Source: Sulfurospirillaceae bacterium (lineage in GTDB: Bacteria > Campylobacterota > Campylobacteria > Campylobacterales > Sulfurospirillaceae). Taken from it: a stretch of 64,000 bases of DNA. Below, piece after piece: positions 58,273 through 64,000 of the stretch; position 1 is the first letter of the stretch; the number at the start of each line of letters is the position of its first letter. Where the stretch lies: positions 64,001 to 128,000 of the forward strand of contig JAWVXD010000006.1 in assembly GCA_033723415.1 (NCBI GenBank), read 5' to 3'. The notes beneath the pieces were generated by a model. That model searched no databases. It saw only the letters and a list, made by a program, of their open reading frames with translations, and was not told the origin of the DNA. The translations under genes were made by a program, and so were the position numbers.

Positions 58273-60960
58273 CTAGAATTTGCTAAGATCTAAGTTAATG
58301 CTAGAGTTAGCACTTCTAATCTTATCGAGGCTGAGATTGTATTGAGCATCTGCTTTTCTTGCAATGGCAGAGTTATTTTCCGCTTTCGCCTTTTTATACT
58401 CGTGTTTTTTAAGGTTTCTGGCTGCACGTGCTTTCTGTAGCAATTCTTTTTTTGCATTAAAATGTCTTACACCGGCCCCTCGTAAAAGCATTTCTTCATA
58501 ACTCATAGGCTCATTATAATAGTTTTTAGGATCTGCAAGTCCTGTAGCCTTACGGATAAATTGTTGCCCATATCTACCAAAAGTAATCGGAGGCATATAG
58601 TTTTTTGCCATTTCCAACACTCTTTTAGCAATCTTGCTGCTAGTGCTGTCATATTTTGTATCAATCTTATAACCTAAAGGTGTTTCGCCATTGATCATAC
58701 GATAAGCACCTCCAACAAAACCACCGGCAAATTCTAGCGTATCAAAACCATCAAATCTCATACCAGGAACCAATCGTCCTGCATTAAGCTGCCAACCTCC
58801 GCCAAGTTGTACCCAACTCTTCGCACCGAATGCGTTTGCAGCCCAACCACTAGCCGCCCAACTTGGTTTATACATATTTGCCTTATCATTATCACCAAGC
58901 CAAGCACTTGCACCTGTTCCCATGAGAGCTGCCTGCAGCATAGCAAATTTAAAAGGATGCTTTGCAACTGCTTTCAAGACCATTGGAGTTGCTTTATAAG
59001 AGTAATGAACAAAAGGCATTATTCCCATTTTATCCATGACTCTAAAAGAACCAGGTATCGGAGTCGTATAATCTACATATGCTTCTTGTGATATCTTAAA
59101 AGCCGTCTTTTCATCAACTCCCTCAGAGATCTGGCGATAAAAGGAAGCAAGTTTAAAGATCTTATCTTCCCAATCATATATATGCCTCAAAGCATCGCCA
59201 CTCTTTGATCCCTTAGAGAAGTAAGCATTTTTCAAGATTGACATGATGATCGGCTCTTTTTTGTTATCAAACGGCTGCATCTTCTCCATCATATCTAAAC
59301 TTGAATTTAGCCCGTACTTATTTGCTTTTTGAACAAGAGCATCAAATTTACTCCTATCTGTACTCAGCATAGATAATACTTTGGCTAAAGCGGTCATATC
59401 ACCATGTAAAAAAGAGAGCATTACATTGCTGCCAACATTATAAAGATGCGTAAAAGGGTTTTTAACCGTTAGATTGACTTTAATGTGATCGATAAGAGGA
59501 TACCAATAGGTCTCAAAAAGCCCCATATTCTCTTTGACAATCCCTGCACCTTTAACAGCATCTGCGACCTCTTTTGGTACATATTTACCTGCTAAAGCAC
59601 CATATTTTTTGATTCCACCGCCTACTGTTTCATCACTCATCCTTACAAACCCGTCTTTTTCTACATCACTTCCAAATGTATCAGCGACATTTTTGAGGGT
59701 TTGCGCTTTAAGCAGCTGCACTCTTTGTTCTGCAAGTGTCTTTGGTATCACAAAATTTGCATCTTCGATCATCCCAAGTGCAATCCGTTCATCATGCGTT
59801 AGATCTTTCCTCGCACGGAAACGCTGATCAAAATAAAACTTCTTGATCAGTCCCCCTTCTTTGATGCTATCAATATAGTATCGCTTAAGATAATCTTGTA
59901 TCTTGTTTTTTTCCTGCAGTGCACCGGCCTTGACTAGAGCATCAGCATTCGTATCGATGAGATCTCTAATCTTAGTATAAGTCTCTCTCAAATGCTCCGG
60001 CAGAGTTGAGGGTTGTTTATCTCCTGTCAAAGCCTGGTGTATAAGGACCGATTCATCTGGACTTAGGTGCGTATCTAAAAAGTCTTTGACTTGTGCTGCT
60101 TGCTCATGTACTTGAGACATAGCGATCCTAAAGTCTTGTGTAATCTCTCCGACTTTTTTTGTGATATCGCTAACGGTAGCGAGCCTTTTTATCCTACCAC
60201 CGCTTATCCTCGTAGTGATCGCTTCATCTACCTTACCAATGATTTGTGCTGCTTTAGCAAAAGCTTTATCGACAGCAGATCCGTCAATATTTGAGATCTT
60301 ATCTGCACCAGGAAAGACCATGCTATTTATTTTTTTACCGTTTTTAGCTATACTTTCACTAGATGCAGGAGGGTGAGGGATGACTATGTTGTCCCGGGCG
60401 GTCTTATTGACTGCTTCGTTGAGGGCATTGGACACCTGGGCGCTCTCCTGTTTCTTATAAAAGGTAATAACCGAATGCCTCCCCTTTACTCCACGAGTTC
60501 CAACGATCGCATAATATAAATCTCCATCGATCACCTTCTCATAAAGATGATTTACTCTTCCTGTTTGAACACTTTTAGATAAAGAAACTTTCCCCTCTCT
60601 TATCACCCGGCCTAGATGTAAAAGTTCATTGAGAGATAAATCATTACCAAGATGACCTTTTACTATATGTTTTGCACCCATATTTTCAGTGCCCTTGTGT
60701 AACCAAACATGATCGACATACTTTCCAAGAGCATCAAGATCTTCTCGTCTTATTTTCACAGAGTCTTGTACCCCGGAAGCTACTCCAAGCACACCACTCT
60801 CTTCTTTTGTCAGATCTCTGCCTAAATAGTTCTTTAATGCCTCTGCTGCTTGCGCGTATTCTTTAGGATCAAGGTTTTTAGCTTTGATCATATCTGTTAT
60901 GTCGGCTAAAACTTCTTTTTGTTTTTTTAAGCCGTCTTTACCTTTGCAATCCATTAGCAT
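58273..60960 (-). CDS. large polyvalent/ejection-type phage protein with an N-terminal BECR-like (Barnase/EndoU/colicin D-E5/RelE) nuclease domain
   Basis: aa ~80-170 GAKHIVKGH..GRVIREG..VITFYK; helical C-terminal region (NPFTHLYN, VDYT, PFVHYSYK) like podovirus DNA-transfer proteins; AGGAG SD. Confidence 0.65.
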   Translation of the reverse strand: MLMDCKGKDGLKKQKEVLADITDMIKAKNLDPKEYAQAAEALKNYLGRDLTKEESGVLGVASGVQDSVKIRREDLDALGKYVDHVWLHKGTENMGAKHIVKGHLGNDLSLNELLHLGRVIREGKVSLSKSVQTGRVNHLYEKVIDGDLYYAIVGTRGVKGRHSVITFYKKQESAQVSNALNEAVNKTARDNIVIPHPPASSESIAKNGKKINSMVFPGADKISNIDGSAVDKAFAKAAQIIGKVDEAITTRISGGRIKRLATVSDITKKVGEITQDFRIAMSQVHEQAAQVKDFLDTHLSPDESVLIHQALTGDKQPSTLPEHLRETYTKIRDLIDTNADALVKAGALQEKNKIQDYLKRYYIDSIKEGGLIKKFYFDQRFRARKDLTHDERIALGMIEDANFVIPKTLAEQRVQLLKAQTLKNVADTFGSDVEKDGFVRMSDETVGGGIKKYGALAGKYVPKEVADAVKGAGIVKENMGLFETYWYPLIDHIKVNLTVKNPFTHLYNVGSNVMLSFLHGDMTALAKVLSMLSTDRSKFDALVQKANKYGLNSSLDMMEKMQPFDNKKEPIIMSILKNAYFSKGSKSGDALRHIYDWEDKIFKLASFYRQISEGVDEKTAFKISQEAYVDYTTPIPGSFRVMDKMGIMPFVHYSYKATPMVLKAVAKHPFKFAMLQAALMGTGASAWLGDNDKANMYKPSWAASGWAANAFGAKSWVQLGGGWQLNAGRLVPGMRFDGFDTLEFAGGFVGGAYRMINGETPLGYKIDTKYDSTSSKIAKRVLEMAKNYMPPITFGRYGQQFIRKATGLADPKNYYNEPMSYEEMLLRGAGVRHFNAKKELLQKARAARNLKKHEYKKAKAENNSAIARKADAQYNLSLDKIRSANSSINLDLSKF
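60361..60455 (+). ncRNA. candidate structured antisense RNA inside the polyvalent-protein gene
   Basis: -10 gcTATACT at 60347-60354; closing stem and two hairpins with many G-U pairs that form only on the + strand. Confidence 0.55.
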
Positions 60961-63900
60961 ATCTCCTCTACAATTTCTGGTTTGATTTTTCCATTTTGTC
61001 CGACATGTTTATCTTCAAAAGAAGCCAACTTATTCCCTGCATCTTTTCCATCGATCTGATTATTTTCGATATCTTTTAAAGTCTTTTGATAAAAAGCTTC
61101 CTGATCTAATATCCTTCTATTCTTTGCATCGATCATCTTTTGGATATTTGCTTTAGCATTGACGATTTTCTTCTCGTAATCTGCCTTATAGAGTTGTTTC
61201 TTTTTGGGATCTTTTGTTTTTGCTATTTTTTCTAAGAGATCTCCAAGATATTGATTCGGACGATCACTTTTCAGCCTTGTTCCTAAAGTAGATATCTCTT
61301 TTTTAGTAGTTGCGATGCCTCTTGTGATAGCATCTCTGCGTGATTTTAGAAAATACCCCTCTTCATTGACCGCCTGCAGCTCGTTTTCTAACCTGTTATA
61401 CTCGATTTGTAGCTCTAGCTCTTTACGTTTCACTGGGTCCTTTTCCATCTGCAACATAAACTCTTCTTCTGTAGGCATCGCGCTAGCACCATCTACGATT
61501 TCGATTCGATCCTTTGGTTTCGCATCCCAAAGCGCCTCATTCCATCCTCTCTTATTTGCGACCGTTTTATACATCAATTCATCAAAAGTACCGGCTTGAA
61601 AGAAGTAATGAACATTGACAGAATCATTAATATTGCCAAAGCGAATACCTCTGCCGCCTCTTTGTTTTAGTTCTGCAGGAGTCCAGGGGATATCCACGTT
61701 GTAGATATCTTTTGTATATTTTTGGATATTCATCCCCTCGCCTGCCCCTTTTGTCGTACCGATCACGACTTTGACTTTGCCTTTATCATAAGCATCAACA
61801 ATCGCTTGTTTTAACTCTACAGCCTTGCGTCCACTTGCTCCTCTGATTTCTTTTCCTGTGGTAGGGTCTGTTATCTCTTTACCTGAGATGATTGCGATCT
61901 CTTGAGGTTTGTATTTTTTTGAAGCTAAGAGTTTTTGTTTCATCTCTTGATGTAAGTTTTGATCTAAAGTGGCATCAAAGATATTGCCGTCCTTATTTAG
62001 ATCTCTTGGGACTTGTTGTTCATGCCCTGCATTATCGAGAAAGATGATCTGCCCGGCATTTTTATCTTTACTTCTTCTCTCCAAAACTTTTTGGATCGTC
62101 GATTCTAGTTTATTATTATCAGGGGTAGGATCGATAAAGTCTCTCACCCCAGCTCTTTGATATGCTCTTGGATCTGTACTAGCACTCACACCCTCCGAGA
62201 ATATCCCCATCATTTTATTACGCTTTGAACTGTCACTTTTAGCTTCTAGAAGTCTTTTTTTTATATCACTAAATACGATATCACTCTCATGACTGCCATC
62301 GAGATAATGAGTATTTACTTTTTCATCCGGCAATGTGATGATCCCCTTAGATTTAAAATCTTCCATTGAGATACGCTCAACATATCTATCCATGATCGCT
62401 CTTAAATCATAAGCATTTTTAATCGCATTCAAGCCATATTCAATACCGCCTCTTTTGTTCATATTTGCACCAAAATCAAAGAAACGATCTGCAAAATCTC
62501 TATCTGTGTAGATACCGTATTCATTAAAAATACTGTTATCTAAATGTTTCAGCATCGTATATATTTCCATAGGTTTATTTGGTGTAGGAGTTGCATCAAA
62601 CATAAAAATGTTTTTACCGTTATTCTTTTCACTGATATAACGAGTTTTAAATCTAAAATCATAAGCCAAAGCACTATCAAGTGTTACGACATGAGTATTT
62701 TTATCAAGCGTGAGACTAAAAGGTTTACCAAGCTTAAAGTTCACCAATTTACTATTGATGCCTATATTTTTAAAAGCCCTGGCTTCATCGGCAAATATCG
62801 CATCGATCCCTAGATTATCTATCGTGATACGTTTATCAAGGTTTTCTCTACGAAGCAGCTCTTTATACTTCTTGATCTTCTCTGTTTGCAAAGCAAGTGC
62901 CCTGCCTTTTAGATCTTCTGTTTTTAGATTTTCGTTCAATAATTCATCGACATATCTCATTTCAATATCATGAGGAAGTTTCAGTTGTGAAAATCCCTCA
63001 TGAGAGATCAAGATATAATCAGCTGAATTATTCCCAAGTTCGTATAGCTTCTTGCTCCTGGTACTTTTTTCAAGATTAAAGAGATTCACAATCTTGGCAT
63101 CCGGGAATGCTCTCTTTATCTCTTTTTCCCAATTCCCTATAACTTTGGAAGGGACTACAAACAAAGGCTTCTTGGCAGCACCTTTATTTTTCAAAGCCCG
63201 TGCGAGTATAACAGCCGATAGCGTTTTACCCCCACCGACATCATGTGCGTTGATCCCTTTCCCCTCATATAAACTTTTAGTAACCCACTGTATTTGATTA
63301 TCACGAGAGATCAACGTCGGTTCGATTTCTTTTAAAGTATCTTGGATCAGATAACTTGCTTTTCCGTAATCAGGGGAGACATACCCGTTAAATTTACGAT
63401 TATATATAGATTCTATTTTTTTTGTTAATTTTGGATCAGAGAGGATCTTCTCTTTGATCTTGGCTAAAGTACTTTGGACTTCATCATTCGCTTCTCTTAA
63501 TCTTCTACGATATGAAGACATCGTTTCATCTTTTTTGATAGATATCAATGCTTTTGAATTGATATAATTATCAAAGATCGGACCAAAGCCGGTGTCATAC
63601 TCTCTTATCTTTTGTTCGCCCTTTTGTATTGTTCTCTCGACCTTACGCAGAGGGTATATCTCTATACCTTTTTCTAACAACCAAGGTTCATCACCTCTTA
63701 GAGAAATATTTTCGATAGTTTTTTTCTCCGGCAATAATTCTTCCAAAGCTGCTTTTTGTTTTTCTAATTTTGCAAAAACGACACCATCATCTTTATACTT
63801 TTCAAATGCAATATTGAGATTATCAAGCTTATCGTAAAGTTTCCCACTATAGTACAAGATATCATTTTGAAGTTTCCCTGGGGCAATGACACTATATCCC

Positions 63901-64000
63901 TCTTTGAGAGCATTATGGAAATCTTCTTTTTTTATATATTCCCCACCTTGAGAGATATCAACGATTCCTTTATTGTCCTCATGATATAAAAGACGAGATT
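60954..64000 (-). CDS. DarB-like SNF2 helicase polyvalent protein, 5' end beyond window
   Basis: AHDVGGGKT, DEARAFKN, ATPTPN, GEGMNIQ, PWTPAELKQRGGRGIRFGN; frame checked open from 63857 to the window edge. Confidence 0.85.
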   Translation of the reverse strand, partial: SRLLYHEDNKGIVDISQGGEYIKKEDFHNALKEGYSVIAPGKLQNDILYYSGKLYDKLDNLNIAFEKYKDDGVVFAKLEKQKAALEELLPEKKTIENISLRGDEPWLLEKGIEIYPLRKVERTIQKGEQKIREYDTGFGPIFDNYINSKALISIKKDETMSSYRRRLREANDEVQSTLAKIKEKILSDPKLTKKIESIYNRKFNGYVSPDYGKASYLIQDTLKEIEPTLISRDNQIQWVTKSLYEGKGINAHDVGGGKTLSAVILARALKNKGAAKKPLFVVPSKVIGNWEKEIKRAFPDAKIVNLFNLEKSTRSKKLYELGNNSADYILISHEGFSQLKLPHDIEMRYVDELLNENLKTEDLKGRALALQTEKIKKYKELLRRENLDKRITIDNLGIDAIFADEARAFKNIGINSKLVNFKLGKPFSLTLDKNTHVVTLDSALAYDFRFKTRYISEKNNGKNIFMFDATPTPNKPMEIYTMLKHLDNSIFNEYGIYTDRDFADRFFDFGANMNKRGGIEYGLNAIKNAYDLRAIMDRYVERISMEDFKSKGIITLPDEKVNTHYLDGSHESDIVFSDIKKRLLEAKSDSSKRNKMMGIFSEGVSASTDPRAYQRAGVRDFIDPTPDNNKLESTIQKVLERRSKDKNAGQIIFLDNAGHEQQVPRDLNKDGNIFDATLDQNLHQEMKQKLLASKKYKPQEIAIISGKEITDPTTGKEIRGASGRKAVELKQAIVDAYDKGKVKVVIGTTKGAGEGMNIQKYTKDIYNVDIPWTPAELKQRGGRGIRFGNINDSVNVHYFFQAGTFDELMYKTVANKRGWNEALWDAKPKDRIEIVDGASAMPTEEEFMLQMEKDPVKRKELELQIEYNRLENELQAVNEEGYFLKSRRDAITRGIATTKKEISTLGTRLKSDRPNQYLGDLLEKIAKTKDPKKKQLYKADYEKKIVNAKANIQKMIDAKNRRILDQEAFYQKTLKDIENNQIDGKDAGNKLASFEDKHVGQNGKIKPEIVEEIC

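Larger units (their letters stand above)
55681..64000. mobile_element. tailed prophage (partial), continues beyond the window
   Basis: tRNA-derived att, TerL, ejection/polyvalent protein, DarB-like helicase. Confidence 0.8.

Noticed and set aside
60954..60960. frameshifted single giant gene joining the helicase and the 895-aa ORF
   Set aside because: A clear AGGAG SD precedes ATG 60960, which favours two coupled genes.

Overview
AT-rich chromosomal window, probably from a free-living Campylobacterota (Sulfurospirillum/Sulfurovum-like; inferred from the mrp-ispDF-atypical response regulator-sat-like-pgpA gene order). 1-42.7 kb is host DNA: housekeeping genes, a complete C-P lyase operon (phnCDEGHIJKLM-hexapeptide transferase-phnNP) with a Pho-box-like promoter, a convergent sufBCDSE-sufT operon, transporters, nfeD/stomatin, a Cyc2-like cytochrome-porin with two CxxCH motifs, tex, a PAS-GGDEF-EAL protein and an MCP. 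A 25-bp direct repeat of a tRNA-Ser 3' end (42771-42795, 55681-55705) brackets an apparently complete ~12.9 kb filamentous prophage (inovirus). It has its own tyrosine integrase, gpA-type Rep, Zot, secretin, coat genes, a repressor with two operators and a type II R-M cargo. A second, tailed prophage starts at the same att (TerL, repeat-rich non-coding region, BECR-nuclease polyvalent protein, DarB-like helicase) and runs off the window. Best novelty candidates: (1) a promoter-preceded, highly structured antisense RNA inside the linker just after the phage nuclease domain, a possible embedded RNA antitoxin; (2) an inovirus pIII rich in bacterial N-glycosylation sequons; (3) a di-heme Cyc2; (4) an H-type pseudoknot leader in the inovirus. 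All family calls come from motif recognition by eye; no searches were run.
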